Shown here piece after piece: positions 38,499 to 47,599 of a DNA stretch of 64,000 nt. The notes beneath the pieces are model-generated. The model saw only the letters and a list, made by a program, of their open reading frames with translations. It was not told the origin of the DNA and did no database searches. How positions within the stretch are numbered: the stretch's first letter is position 1; every line of letters starts with the position of its first letter. The DNA comes from a virus (lineage: Duplodnaviria; Heunggongvirae; Uroviricota; Caudoviricetes). The stretch covers positions 1-64,000 of IMG/VR virus record IMGVR_UViG_3300045988_154997; one strand, 5' to 3'. Made by a program: the position numbers and the translations under genes.

Positions 38499-39596
38499 AA
38501 AATTTACACGAATAAGCTCTGTTGATAGACGATCTCCCTTAAATTTGTGGTCAATTTCGTCTAAATCCGGTTGCTCTACGATTGATGCGATGTACGTCGA
38601 GAAACTTTCTAAGGCGTCTCGCATCTCGTCCATATAATCGTGCCGGTCGTAGACCCGATCTATCCCCTCAAGACTGTGGTTCATGATTTTACGTGATACC
38701 TCCTGGCTTATGCCTAATGCTGGGAAGTAACTACGCGCAGTACGGCGCAAATCTCGGGGTGTAAATGGCTCAAGCTCCATCAGTTCTGGTCGTTCCAGAA
38801 TACGACGTAATGCCTGGGCTATTGCCACTTTAGACATAGGAAGGTCTTTCCCGATTTTTTTATTCGAAGGCACGAGCCACTGGCTGTCTTTACCATATTC
38901 GAACAACTCTTCAATACATGTGCGCATTAATGAGCTTAAAGGCAGAGAATGCTCACGGGCAGATTTGTTCCTCTTGCCTTGATTCCAAACCCCACGCTTA
39001 AGATTGAACTCACTTTTTTTAGCCCGCAGTACTTCGTCAGGTCGTCTTGCGGATACAAGACATAGCCTGGCCGCCCATTTTGTACCAGCACACACATTGA
39101 AGTAGTCCCATATATTCCAGAACACCCATACCTCTGCGTCGGTCAGCTTCCGCTCGCGAGGTGTGGGCTTTGCGCCACCGGCAACTTTGTTAAGTGACAT
39201 ATCGTTTAACGGTGACACGTCGATCATCCCCTGGAAGGCGCACCAGCTGAGGAACTGCTTCATCAGAGAGAAAACGCGGCGACCCATAACAATTTTGCCA
39301 TCCAGTATTAGTGGGTTGACCAGTTGGTTCACCATGAACCTATTAATATCACTTACTTTTACATCGGCAATGTGCGGCAAAACATGTATCAAAATACAAT
39401 GAACAGCGATCTCTGGCCGACGTCTTGTTATCAGCAGAGATAAGCGAGTGAATAACATGAATGCGTCCGAGAATCTCATGTCATTGCTGACCTGGGAGAT
39501 CATAACGGCCTGCATTTGAGATGCTCTTTCGAGATACTCAATCGCCTCTTTTGAGGTGTTCTCCGCAGCGCGTGCTCTGTCAAAGCTATTTTTCAT
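38493..39596 (-). CDS. tyrosine recombinase / phage integrase family protein
   Basis: C-terminal catalytic region ...RDLRRTARSY...HSLEGIDRVYDRHDY (R, H-x-x-R, Y pattern). Confidence 0.7.
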   Translation of the reverse strand: MKNSFDRARAAENTSKEAIEYLERASQMQAVMISQVSNDMRFSDAFMLFTRLSLLITRRRPEIAVHCILIHVLPHIADVKVSDINRFMVNQLVNPLILDGKIVMGRRVFSLMKQFLSWCAFQGMIDVSPLNDMSLNKVAGGAKPTPRERKLTDAEVWVFWNIWDYFNVCAGTKWAARLCLVSARRPDEVLRAKKSEFNLKRGVWNQGKRNKSAREHSLPLSSLMRTCIEELFEYGKDSQWLVPSNKKIGKDLPMSKVAIAQALRRILERPELMELEPFTPRDLRRTARSYFPALGISQEVSRKIMNHSLEGIDRVYDRHDYMDEMRDALESFSTYIASIVEQPDLDEIDHKFKGDRLSTELIRVNFS

Positions 39597-39804
39597 ATGA
39601 CAATCACCGAGTTACGCCGATGCACTGTATAAGTAAACAGTATATTAGGCATAGATTCTTATAGGATCAAGAGTAAAAGTAACTCATTTTCAGTAATGAT
39701 TCCATACATAGTAGGTATGGAATCATTGGGGGGCGATTTTTTTGAATCTATCTTTTCGAACGGAGGGGTTGGCTTCACTTTTATCTTCATCACCTAAAAG
39801 GTAA

Positions 39805-40794
39805 TTGATTTACTTGAAAATGGCTGGTTTTATAGTATTGTCATGCGATCGCTGCAACAGGATAAGAAAAATGATAAAAGAGACACCGGAAGTCAACACG
39901 CTATCTGAGTTATTAGGGGCTACGCCTCCCAAACCTCAGCTAGTAGTGACGACTAAAGGTATTGATTTAGGTCTGGATATCTCCCTCGGAGATTGGAATA
40001 ACTCTTCATTATTATCACGACCTTCAGCTTTGTTAGCAATTGAGCATGGGGAAAATTTATTTGAACTCATGGATAAAGAGTTAGGTCTTGTTGGTATTAA
40101 TGAAGAAGGAGTGATCAAGTCAAACATCATTATCGAACTAGATCCCCATAAAACAACTATGAGAATATTAGGTAAAATTGCGGAAGCACTCATTGTTGAA
40201 GAATGTGAAAAAAACGCGAAACAAAATGAAAACTGGGCATTATTAGCAAAGAGATATACCCCTTTCACAGATAGTTTGTCTAATTATAAAGCTGTTGGGA
40301 CTGGACTCAACTATACGAAAATTAACTATCCTACTAAATATCAACCTAATGATACTCAACGGGACATTGTGTGGATAGACAAACGAGACCCACTTTCTCA
40401 ATTACTTATTTCTGCTCCAACGTCGAATTCAGGTATACAGGCTGGAATTCAAGTGAAGGTCAGTGCAAATGGTCTTAACTATCTATCACCAATGGATTTT
40501 TCTAGCAGAAGATATGAGGTCCCTATTGTTTACTTTGATTTAAATAATGATTTTTTTGAAATTCAGATGAAGATAGTGAACTCAGGAATTGATTCGGTTT
40601 ATGGAATGGATTATCACCGTGGTAGAAACATTTCTCCTGAAATACATGAAAAACTATGTGCATATTATAACCTTATATACTCCATTATCATTGGTGATAT
40701 GAAATTAGAGGCTCTGTTACTAAATGAAGAGGCACTGAAAGGGTATGTGACTGAGATTAAAGATAGACAAGGTAAAAGAATAATCGTGACGTGA
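39805..40794 (+). CDS. AT-rich hypothetical protein (accessory, unknown function)
   Basis: 329-aa plus-strand ORF immediately after the integrase; no motif recognised; true start may be an internal ATG. Confidence 0.45.
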   Translation: MIYLKMAGFIVLSCDRCNRIRKMIKETPEVNTLSELLGATPPKPQLVVTTKGIDLGLDISLGDWNNSSLLSRPSALLAIEHGENLFELMDKELGLVGINEEGVIKSNIIIELDPHKTTMRILGKIAEALIVEECEKNAKQNENWALLAKRYTPFTDSLSNYKAVGTGLNYTKINYPTKYQPNDTQRDIVWIDKRDPLSQLLISAPTSNSGIQAGIQVKVSANGLNYLSPMDFSSRRYEVPIVYFDLNNDFFEIQMKIVNSGIDSVYGMDYHRGRNISPEIHEKLCAYYNLIYSIIIGDMKLEALLLNEEALKGYVTEIKDRQGKRIIVT

Positions 40795-40986
40795 AAACCT
40801 AAACTGTAAAGGCAACAAAAGGTGAAATAATAACTCATTAAAAGCACATTGTGTGAAATTTTAATCTGATAATTCATATATCGGAAGGGATTTTAGATAT
40901 TTTTAATATTTATAACTGTCCTTTTCATAGATATAGTTGATTTGAGCGCACACTTTCATGTAAAAAGCCGCCTAAGCGGCTCTTAA

Positions 40987-41232
40987 TTATAATGTACTCA
41001 CCAGAGCGGCGAATTCCGTATAGCCACCGATAGATTCGCCATTTACGAACACCTGCGGTATGGTCTCCACCGGCTTGCCAACCAGGGCGCTCAATTTCTC
41101 TTTGTCTATCCCAGCAGACACAATATCGATGTATTCGTAATCGCCAAAACCGTGACCGTGAAGCTGCTTCGCCAGCTCGACCGCACGTTTGCAGTATGAG
41201 CAGTTATCTCGTCCATAGATAGTGATCGTCAT
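40987..41232 (-). CDS. Glutaredoxin (NrdH/Grx-like)
   Basis: 81 aa, active-site CSYC, thioredoxin-fold length. Confidence 0.75.
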   Translation of the reverse strand: MTITIYGRDNCSYCKRAVELAKQLHGHGFGDYEYIDIVSAGIDKEKLSALVGKPVETIPQVFVNGESIGGYTEFAALVSTL

Positions 41233-41521
41233 TGCTTTGCCTCGTTATGCGCTTCGCTGGGGAACGTGTAGCGGTTAGTGAAAGAGCTGAGGTGGTAGTG
41301 CTCGTGAATGTATGGATTTGACTTCTGCACCTGACGAGATGCGCGACGCGCATGTTTACATTTATTTCCCATATTGAGTCCTTTCAAGTGAGTATCCGAA
41401 AGAACTATACAGTTAACGTGCGTAAAAAGTAAGTGCTTACCTATCATTTATTGATAGAAGAATAGCCGCCTGTCGTGTGATACTATTTACAGAACTAAAC
41501 TGGCTTTCCACAAGGTGTAAA

Positions 41522-42343
41522 ATGACTATCCTTGAAAATCCTGATGCGAATGTTGAATCTGTTTATAGTCTTCATCCAACCACGTTGTTTCATTTTACAA
41601 AAAACGAAGATGCTTTCTATAGCATATTGGCTGAGAAATATTTTAAACCATTTCTTGCTCGCGAGGAAATAAGAGGAGTCGGGGGACGCAGGAGGTTTGC
41701 AGTACCAATGGTATCGTTTTGTGACATAAAACTATCACAAATCAGAGATCATAGCGGAAAATATGGAGAATTCGGTCTTGGGCTAACTAAGTCTTGGGCG
41801 GAAAAGAAAGGTCTACACCCAGTTCTATATATGAATAAGAGTAGTGAAATATTTTCTAAATACAATGCCAGAATTCGACTTATTAAAAATAAGTTGGTGC
41901 CGCTTTGGAAGGCTAGAGGAAATTTAGATACCAAAAACAGAATAGAGTTTGAGAAATTGAAAGCAGAATATTCTGATCTATATAATTTACTGCGTTATAT
42001 GAAAAATTACAGAGGCAAGCTAGAGCGAAAAGATAATAAAACAATAGAGAATTATATATATGCAGACGAGAAAGAGTGGCGTTATGTGCCAGCTCCTTTT
42101 ATTGGTGATTTATGGCCTAGTCTGAGTTTGGAGCGTGTTATCACTTCTGATGACAAAGCAAAAATTAGCTCAAAATTTTCAAAGTTTGGCATTGATTTTG
42201 AGTTCAATGATATAAAATATATACTTATACCTAAAGAACAACATATCCAAAAGCTAATTAACTTTCTCTCAGGTTTAGATGGATTTGAATCTTCAATTAT
42301 TAGCAAAATTCTGACCATGGATAAAGTAAAGCAAGATTTTTAA
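41522..42343 (+). CDS. DUF2971-like protein (candidate defence cassette, gene 1)
   Basis: RBS AAGGTG-N4-ATG at 41522; motifs LFHFTKNEDAFYSIL and HSGKYGEFGLGL resemble the LYKY.../...HKG.C.GF signatures seen in the clearer DUF2971 protein at 55116..55835; AT-rich. Confidence 0.45.
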   Translation: MTILENPDANVESVYSLHPTTLFHFTKNEDAFYSILAEKYFKPFLAREEIRGVGGRRRFAVPMVSFCDIKLSQIRDHSGKYGEFGLGLTKSWAEKKGLHPVLYMNKSSEIFSKYNARIRLIKNKLVPLWKARGNLDTKNRIEFEKLKAEYSDLYNLLRYMKNYRGKLERKDNKTIENYIYADEKEWRYVPAPFIGDLWPSLSLERVITSDDKAKISSKFSKFGIDFEFNDIKYILIPKEQHIQKLINFLSGLDGFESSIISKILTMDKVKQDF

Positions 42344-42369
42344 TTTTTGGTTTAACGGGAGCCTAATTA

Positions 42370-43581
42370 GTGTCAATATTTTTAAGCGAAAAGGAAATGC
42401 AAAATTGGATAATTGACAAATTATCTGATCAAGATGGATTATATAATTCAATCATCAATATTGATAAATTAAATGAATTTAATCCGAAAAGACCCGAAGA
42501 GAAAAAAATTAAGGAGAGTTATCAGTTTTGTTTAAAGAACATAACATTGTTACATTTAATGACAGATGATGAGAATATCTCAGCAACAAAATCTGAGATA
42601 TTAAGACCTGATGTCGTTGCTTATTCAACAGAGAATGAATCCTTAGTTCTTATTGAGTTAAAAAATTTTTCAACACCAACAAGGGAAGCTGGAACTGAGC
42701 TAGTGGCATATGCTGCGGAACTAAAAAGTTACTTGTCATACTTGTCTGATGGAGATATTACCAATGTACTTATATCACCTGACTGGCCACCTTTGGTTAG
42801 ACACTTTATTTTTAATATGATCGTGTGGCAGAAGAAAAACTTTCTATGTTTAGAACCTTGCTATGATTTACAAGGTAACGTATCACTTACTCCTTTAGAT
42901 ATTAATAAATTAGTTATTGCGGAAGAAGCACTCAAGTTCTCATTTCGTCATCTTGGCGGGTTTCATATATGTTTGTATGATGATGAAATGTATAATCAAC
43001 CGACTTCCACTTCTCGTTTACATTCGAAATTGAATGTTATTAAAGCCAGCATGGCAAAAATGTCCTCAGACGGTGAAAAGACTAATAGCCATGGGTTTGC
43101 TATTTTATGTAGAAATTTGAACGAGAGAACTTTAGCACCATATACGATTACTCTAGTTAATGTTTCTGCGTTTTCTTCCATAGAGCGATACTTTCATTCG
43201 CCACAAATATCCAATGCTTCTCAACTCCCTAGAATAGGACAAAAAATTTATGACATTTACACTCATTACCAACCATCAGGTTTTGGGGCATCAATGTCGA
43301 AAATTTACAATTCTGGGAGGGCATATTTAGAAAAAATTAATTGCAAGCCGCGGATCGAGGTTATAGACACCTGGGATGTATTGCAAGTACATACACATGC
43401 GCCTTATATGGAAATGGTTCATATTGAAACGTGGGGAGTTTTTAAAGAAAAATTGATTGAAGGTCTAAATGAATGTTATGAGGATGAATATTACACACCT
43501 GATTTTAACGATGTAGATTTTTGCATGGTGTGTATTGAATCCTTAATTGACCAGAATTATGAATTTATAAAACTTTTTTGA
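42370..43581 (+). CDS. PD-(D/E)xK nuclease-like protein (candidate defence cassette, gene 2)
   Basis: GTG start with GGGAG RBS; N-proximal RPDVVAYSTENESLVLIELK fits D...E-x-K restriction-endonuclease-like motif; rest unrecognised. Confidence 0.45.
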   Translation: MSIFLSEKEMQNWIIDKLSDQDGLYNSIINIDKLNEFNPKRPEEKKIKESYQFCLKNITLLHLMTDDENISATKSEILRPDVVAYSTENESLVLIELKNFSTPTREAGTELVAYAAELKSYLSYLSDGDITNVLISPDWPPLVRHFIFNMIVWQKKNFLCLEPCYDLQGNVSLTPLDINKLVIAEEALKFSFRHLGGFHICLYDDEMYNQPTSTSRLHSKLNVIKASMAKMSSDGEKTNSHGFAILCRNLNERTLAPYTITLVNVSAFSSIERYFHSPQISNASQLPRIGQKIYDIYTHYQPSGFGASMSKIYNSGRAYLEKINCKPRIEVIDTWDVLQVHTHAPYMEMVHIETWGVFKEKLIEGLNECYEDEYYTPDFNDVDFCMVCIESLIDQNYEFIKLF

Positions 43582-43584
43582 AGA

Positions 43585-43608
43585 AAAGGGGCCGAAGCCC
43601 CTTTGAAT
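43585..43608. terminator. bidirectional hairpin terminator (GGGGC-cgaa-GCCCC) closing both the plus-strand cassette and the minus-strand tRNA operon
   Basis: Read directly; T-run TTTTCTTCAAAAAA on minus strand, weaker T-run on plus. Confidence 0.6.
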
Positions 43609-43679
43609 ATTGCGCTGAAAAAAAGTGTTGCTAGGATGTTAGCAAGCTATGGTTAAGAACGTCTGCCGTAATTGTCAAT

Positions 43680-43757
43680 CACAGCGTTGAGCGGTCTGGT
43701 TTATGTTAGCGGAGTCTTAATCGAGTTGATTAAAAGGCCAAACCGCTCAACGCTGTG
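43680..43757. repeat. perfect 16-bp inverted repeat (CACAGCGTTGAGCGGT / ACCGCTCAACGCTGTG) with 46-nt loop, abutting the tRNA-Ser 3' end
   Basis: Read directly. Confidence 0.6.
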
Positions 43758-43759
43758 TC

Positions 43760-43846
43760 TGGCGGAGAGTAATGGAATCGAACCATCATCGTTTGCACAA
43801 TGGGACGATTTTCAAGACCGCTTGAGCACCATGCTCCCTACTCTCC
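43760..43846 (-). tRNA. tRNA-Ser (anticodon UGA), type II (long variable arm)
   Basis: Acceptor GGAGAGT/ACTCTCC, discriminator G, encoded CCA; anticodon loop CTTGAAA; T-arm GATGG-TTCGATT-CCATT; D-arm non-canonical (A8), so needs tRNAscan confirmation. Confidence 0.6.
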
Positions 43847-44070
43847 GGCCGTTGTGGTGGCCGGTACTGAATCTCCGGCATACGGTGCAGCCAATTAGGA
43901 CTACGGACGATCACCGCTCGCGAAAGGGAAGATTTGCGGCCGCATTTCCCTAACATCCAAGAAAGCTATCGCATCAGTCTGCGAATCCACCACAACGGTA
44001 AGATCACTACCTTTCGACCAGTCATTGTGCACATGAACGACGATTAACCGTAATGATCTTATCGTTGTAT

Positions 44071-44146
44071 TGGTGCCGGTTAACGGACTCGAACCGCTGA
44101 CATCCTGCTTACAAGGCAGGCGCTCTACCAACTGAGCTAAACCGGC
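44071..44146 (-). tRNA. tRNA-Thr (anticodon UGU)
   Basis: GCCGGTT-TA-GCTC-AGTTGGTA-GAGC-G-CCTGC-CTTGTAA-GCAGG-ATGTC-AGCGG-TTCGAGT-CCGTT-AACCGGC-A-CCA; canonical cloverleaf, 76 nt. Confidence 0.85.
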
Positions 44147-44150
44147 AATT

Positions 44151-44237
44151 TGGTGGGGAGTGATGGAGTCGAACCACCCGAGTCGCAATGACAGTAGATT
44201 TACAGTCTGTCCCGCTACCTCTACGGACTAACTCCCC
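44151..44237 (-). tRNA. tRNA-Tyr (anticodon GUA), type II
   Basis: Acceptor GGGGAGT/ACTCCCC, discriminator A, CCA; D-stem GTCC/GGAC; anticodon loop CTGTAAA; T-arm GGTGG-TTCGACT-CCATC; overall similar to E. coli tRNA-Tyr. Confidence 0.75.
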
Positions 44238-44242
44238 TAAAT

Positions 44243-44317
44243 TGGCGATGGTGGGTGGATTCGAACCACCGACCAGTTGGTTAACAGCCAACTGCTCTAC
44301 CGCTGAGCTACACCATC
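44243..44317 (-). tRNA. tRNA-Asn (anticodon GUU)
   Basis: GATGGTG-TA-GCTC-AGCGGTA-GAGC-A-GTTGG-CTGTTAA-CCAAC-TGGTC-GGTGG-TTCGAAT-CCACC-CACCATC-G-CCA; canonical, 75 nt. Confidence 0.85.
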
Positions 44318-44581
44318 AATTCAGCACTGCCAGTATTTATTACTCAACAGTGCCAATCGCGGCGGTGTTAGTTTCTGCCAGGAAACACACCGCTACTGGC
44401 ACTTTCCGTTAGTGCCAGACGTTTTCGACTTCGCTCAATAGAAGGCAAAATCTTTAAGTAGATGATGTTTCTGAGGACAGCACCTACTTTGTAATTTATA
44501 CAATGTGATGTATGGAATCATTTGTTGTGAAAACAGGCACTAATGGCAACAGTGGTTAAACCTATACAACAATCCTGTCTT

Positions 44582-44705
44582 CACAACGTTGAGGCCACTA
44601 CTCCGATTGAATGTTTGCCCAACATGTTACATATCAACGCTCGCCGGTATCTCTGTGAATAGAACCTTAGAATTGATAAAAATGTAATGGCCTCAACGTT
44701 GTGTG
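44582..44705. repeat. perfect 16-bp inverted repeat (CACAACGTTGAGGCCA) with about 92-nt loop, upstream of the tRNA cluster; arms similar to the repeat at 43680..43757
   Basis: Read directly. Confidence 0.6.
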
Positions 44706-44781
44706 CTGGCTAACCATACCAGCCGGGCTACGTCGCCGCTTTTTAACCCAGTATAAACGACATAATTGAACAAAATGACGT

Positions 44782-44857
44782 AACAGGATGGGCGGTCATT
44801 GGCTAAGAATCCGGGAGTCGTATATGAGTTGAAAATATACTGACCGCCCATTCTGTT
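44782..44857. repeat. 17-bp inverted repeat (AACAGGATGGGCGGTCA / TGACCGCCCATTCTGTT, 1 mismatch) with about 42-nt loop
   Basis: Read directly; followed by a 9-bp hairpin GGAGGGAAC-tctcat-GTTCCCTCC at 44866..44889. Confidence 0.55.
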
Positions 44858-45094
44858 ACTTCATCGGAGGGAACTCTCATGTTCCCTCCTGCGTTCTGCA
44901 ATCACACTCGCTCAGTGTGTCCCATTTCGGTAACGAGGCTGGAAACTGACCTCGCTGGTGTTTGGCTTATTAGGCTACTGCCAGATAGACTTCTTCGTTT
45001 GCACTTGTATTTAAGTTCAAACAGTCGCGTCTCAACGAAAACAAAGTCATCTTATACATAAAAGATAGGTAAGTAAATACTTATTATTGTATTT

Positions 45095-45385
45095 TTATTC
45101 GGTTGTGACTTTTTTGATCAAGGCCACTCTACGACTAGGTGTTCTTGTGATGGTGGCAGTGAATTGTTTCGCTTGGATAGTAATGGTTTCGTTCTCCTTA
45201 AGTTGCCCGTAGCGAGTTTCCACCAGGGTGCCAAGACGCCACAGACCATCATCGATACGTTTATGACTAGCAAATTTAATCAGCAACAGTTTTACGACTA
45301 ACTGACCTACGTAAAAGGCGAATGCGACTCCGGCCGCTAAGAAATAGGTGACCAACCACCATTCCCAAGAAGTTAACTTGCTCAT
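45095..45385 (-). CDS. small membrane protein
   Basis: 96-aa ORF, N-terminal TM WWLVTYFLAAGVAFAFYVGQLVV. Confidence 0.45.
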   Translation of the reverse strand: MSKLTSWEWWLVTYFLAAGVAFAFYVGQLVVKLLLIKFASHKRIDDGLWRLGTLVETRYGQLKENETITIQAKQFTATITRTPSRRVALIKKVTTE

Positions 45386-45530
45386 TTTTTCACCTTTGTT
45401 TCATGAACTACTCGATACACGCGCTTTCCGATGCACAGTGTTTTGGTTTTAAGTTCCTGCTTAATCAAATCATGACAGATGCCGAAGCCGATAAGGAAGC
45501 CAGCCATAAAAGCCAATGAGATGTATGGAA

Positions 45531-45746
45531 TCATTTAAAGGCTCCTGATTCTACTAATTGCTGTAGCAATAATTTCCCTTTATCAGTTAACTGGTAGTTG
45601 GCCGAGCGCCACGTTTCAGAAACGTTTGCAACCAACCCTAAACGCTCTAACTTAGCTCGCGTTTTAGGCTTCCAGTACTCAGGGAACTCCGGCCACTTAC
45701 TTATTTCATGAAGCGTTTCTTTCTCCCGTTTACTTAATACGATCAT
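45531..45746 (-). CDS. hypothetical small protein
   Basis: 71-aa ORF overlapping ligase stop (ATGA-type coupling). Confidence 0.4.
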   Translation of the reverse strand: MIVLSKREKETLHEISKWPEFPEYWKPKTRAKLERLGLVANVSETWRSANYQLTDKGKLLLQQLVESGAFK

Positions 45747-47065
45747 TCTTTATCTCCGATTCGATCTTCGGTATCGCGTAAGCAACGCGGCCATTTCAGT
45801 CGTGGGTGGCGTAAGCTGCCATCAGGTGTTTTCTCGTGACAATGAACCTCGACAATACGACCACGGTACTTCTCTTTGTTGTTCCAGATCTCGTCCAGAT
45901 ATTTATGCTTAATGCCGCTCGCACGAACGATGACGCCGTTTTCAAGACGAATAACAATTTTCCCAAGCGTGTTGGCAAAACCAGAGTCCGGGTCGCCCGG
46001 CTCAAAATCGATAATTTCACCATCTTCTGAATCTTCGTCTTTTAACTTCCACCAGCTGCGGGTACGTTTAAACTCGTAAACAGAGTTCGGATCTTTGCCC
46101 ATCTCCCCTTCTTCGTTATCGTCCAGGCGTTTCATGAAGCGTTCGATGAAGTCTTCGTGGCTATGGATGATGTAGAACGGATGCAGGTGAATGTCTTGTG
46201 CGTAGCCTTCACTGCGATCGTTTTTGAACAACGCCACGAGCATAGCCAGGCGCTCTTTCAGCTTCATACCTGTCTTTGCATACTCTTTGGATTTAGCCTG
46301 TGCTCGCCATTCCGGTAGGAAGAAGTCGAAAACATGATAAATAGCGCCAATTGCCTGCACGTTCTTTTTGCGCAATGCAGATACGGACTGGTTAAATGAA
46401 CCGGCTGTGCCTTCACCATCGAAGAAGATGTGTTTGTGGCCTGAAAGTTTGCCTAATTCGAGCATGGCTGGCTTTAGGTGATCGAGAGACGTGATTGGAT
46501 TACCAGTACGAGAAAGGAAGTTAACCTCTTCTTCGTCAACAATAACCTCGCAAATTACTCGCAAACCATCGAGCTTAAGGCTGCCAATCATCGGCCATTT
46601 TGCTTTAGGGTTTGGCTTGAAGGGGTATTTGTCGCCTTTTTCTTTATACGGTGACGCCAGCTGCACCTCGAATTTCGGAATGGGATTTTCAAAAACCTTG
46701 TTGCATAGGCTAATCCCAACGCCAGCTTTCGGATCTTTTAAGAGGAAACGACGGAAGACGTCCTGCCCATCGGCGCACATTGACGCCACGATAGACTCAA
46801 CAGCAGCTATTGCTGCGTTCCCCGTCAGCTCGCGAGAGGCCAGCTTATTCAGTACATCAATGGCTTTTTCGTCACTTGGGACGGACTCACTAAGCGGCTC
46901 TGCCACTTTGTATTTCTTTACCCCAAAACGGATGAAAGGGTTGAGCATCAATGAAACCATGCTTTGTTCAAAGTCATCCATGTTGGCCAATGCCTCTTTT
47001 TTTGCATTGGTTCCCATAGCTTTCATTTCGTCCAGCTTATGCTTAAGTGCGATCAACTTTTTCAT
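45743..47065 (-). CDS. ATP-dependent DNA ligase
   Basis: Adenylation motif I SLKLDGLRV (K-x-D-G-x-R) and downstream nucleotidyltransferase/OB pattern. Confidence 0.8.
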   Translation of the reverse strand: MKKLIALKHKLDEMKAMGTNAKKEALANMDDFEQSMVSLMLNPFIRFGVKKYKVAEPLSESVPSDEKAIDVLNKLASRELTGNAAIAAVESIVASMCADGQDVFRRFLLKDPKAGVGISLCNKVFENPIPKFEVQLASPYKEKGDKYPFKPNPKAKWPMIGSLKLDGLRVICEVIVDEEEVNFLSRTGNPITSLDHLKPAMLELGKLSGHKHIFFDGEGTAGSFNQSVSALRKKNVQAIGAIYHVFDFFLPEWRAQAKSKEYAKTGMKLKERLAMLVALFKNDRSEGYAQDIHLHPFYIIHSHEDFIERFMKRLDDNEEGEMGKDPNSVYEFKRTRSWWKLKDEDSEDGEIIDFEPGDPDSGFANTLGKIVIRLENGVIVRASGIKHKYLDEIWNNKEKYRGRIVEVHCHEKTPDGSLRHPRLKWPRCLRDTEDRIGDKE

Positions 47066-47532
47066 TGTTGTTTTGCCTCCATATGTTGATCGATTTGCTC
47101 ATGTGTTTCTTTTGTTGTTTCTTCAATCAACGCCGCATACACGTCAGTGATCGCTGTTTGTGATGTGGCGCTCTTCTTAACCATGCTATTAATCGTTACA
47201 CTGTCACGTTTTCGTTTTATAGTTCTGGCTTGTTTATTCCGTTCTTCAACCTCCTTAATGAGTGCGGTCATATCTTCGTAATACAGAGATTCTCCTTTAC
47301 GAATCTCTTCAACCATCATTTTTAACGCCTTGCATTTGCCTGCTTTAATAGCGGTTGCGCACGACTGGAAAGACGTTCGAGGAAGACGGTTTTCTTTGAA
47401 GGCAAGAATGGTGTGCTGGCAAACGGAGTAGCTGCAATATGCCGACTCACCGTTTATCTTTACTTCCTCACAACGAAGTGAATAACCGTTATTTCCTGAA
47501 ATAGAAGGGATTTTTGACAAATCAGCTTTCAC
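47062..47532 (-). CDS. hypothetical protein
   Basis: 156-aa ORF, GTG start. Confidence 0.45.
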   Translation of the reverse strand: MKADLSKIPSISGNNGYSLRCEEVKINGESAYCSYSVCQHTILAFKENRLPRTSFQSCATAIKAGKCKALKMMVEEIRKGESLYYEDMTALIKEVEERNKQARTIKRKRDSVTINSMVKKSATSQTAITDVYAALIEETTKETHEQIDQHMEAKQQ

Positions 47533-47599
47533 AATTACCGCCAGAAATAATCTTGTGCTTACCTATCATTATTTGCGTAAAAAACGACACACAGAGAGC

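Noticed and set aside
41229-41447. 72-aa ORF downstream of glutaredoxin
   Set aside because: Its annotated start codon lies inside the recurrent palindromic element; only a shorter 47-aa basic ORF from an internal ATG with an AAAGGA RBS seems plausible, which is too weak to report as a feature.
38493-43581. Interpreting the integrase-to-tRNA interval as a discrete integrated mobile element
   Set aside because: No flanking direct repeats (att-like) were found, and the interval contains a backbone-like glutaredoxin gene; described instead as a cargo hotspot.
43847-44070. Possible fifth tRNA in the gap between tRNA-Ser and tRNA-Thr
   Set aside because: No T-loop (GTTCGA-type) motif or acceptor-stem pairing could be found by eye on either strand; left as unexplained spacer.
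43672-44412. ORFs 43672..43953 (+), 43901..44188 (-), 44109..44291 (-), 44188..44412 (+)
   Set aside because: They overlap the four tRNA genes and the inverted repeats; no RBS; treated as spurious.
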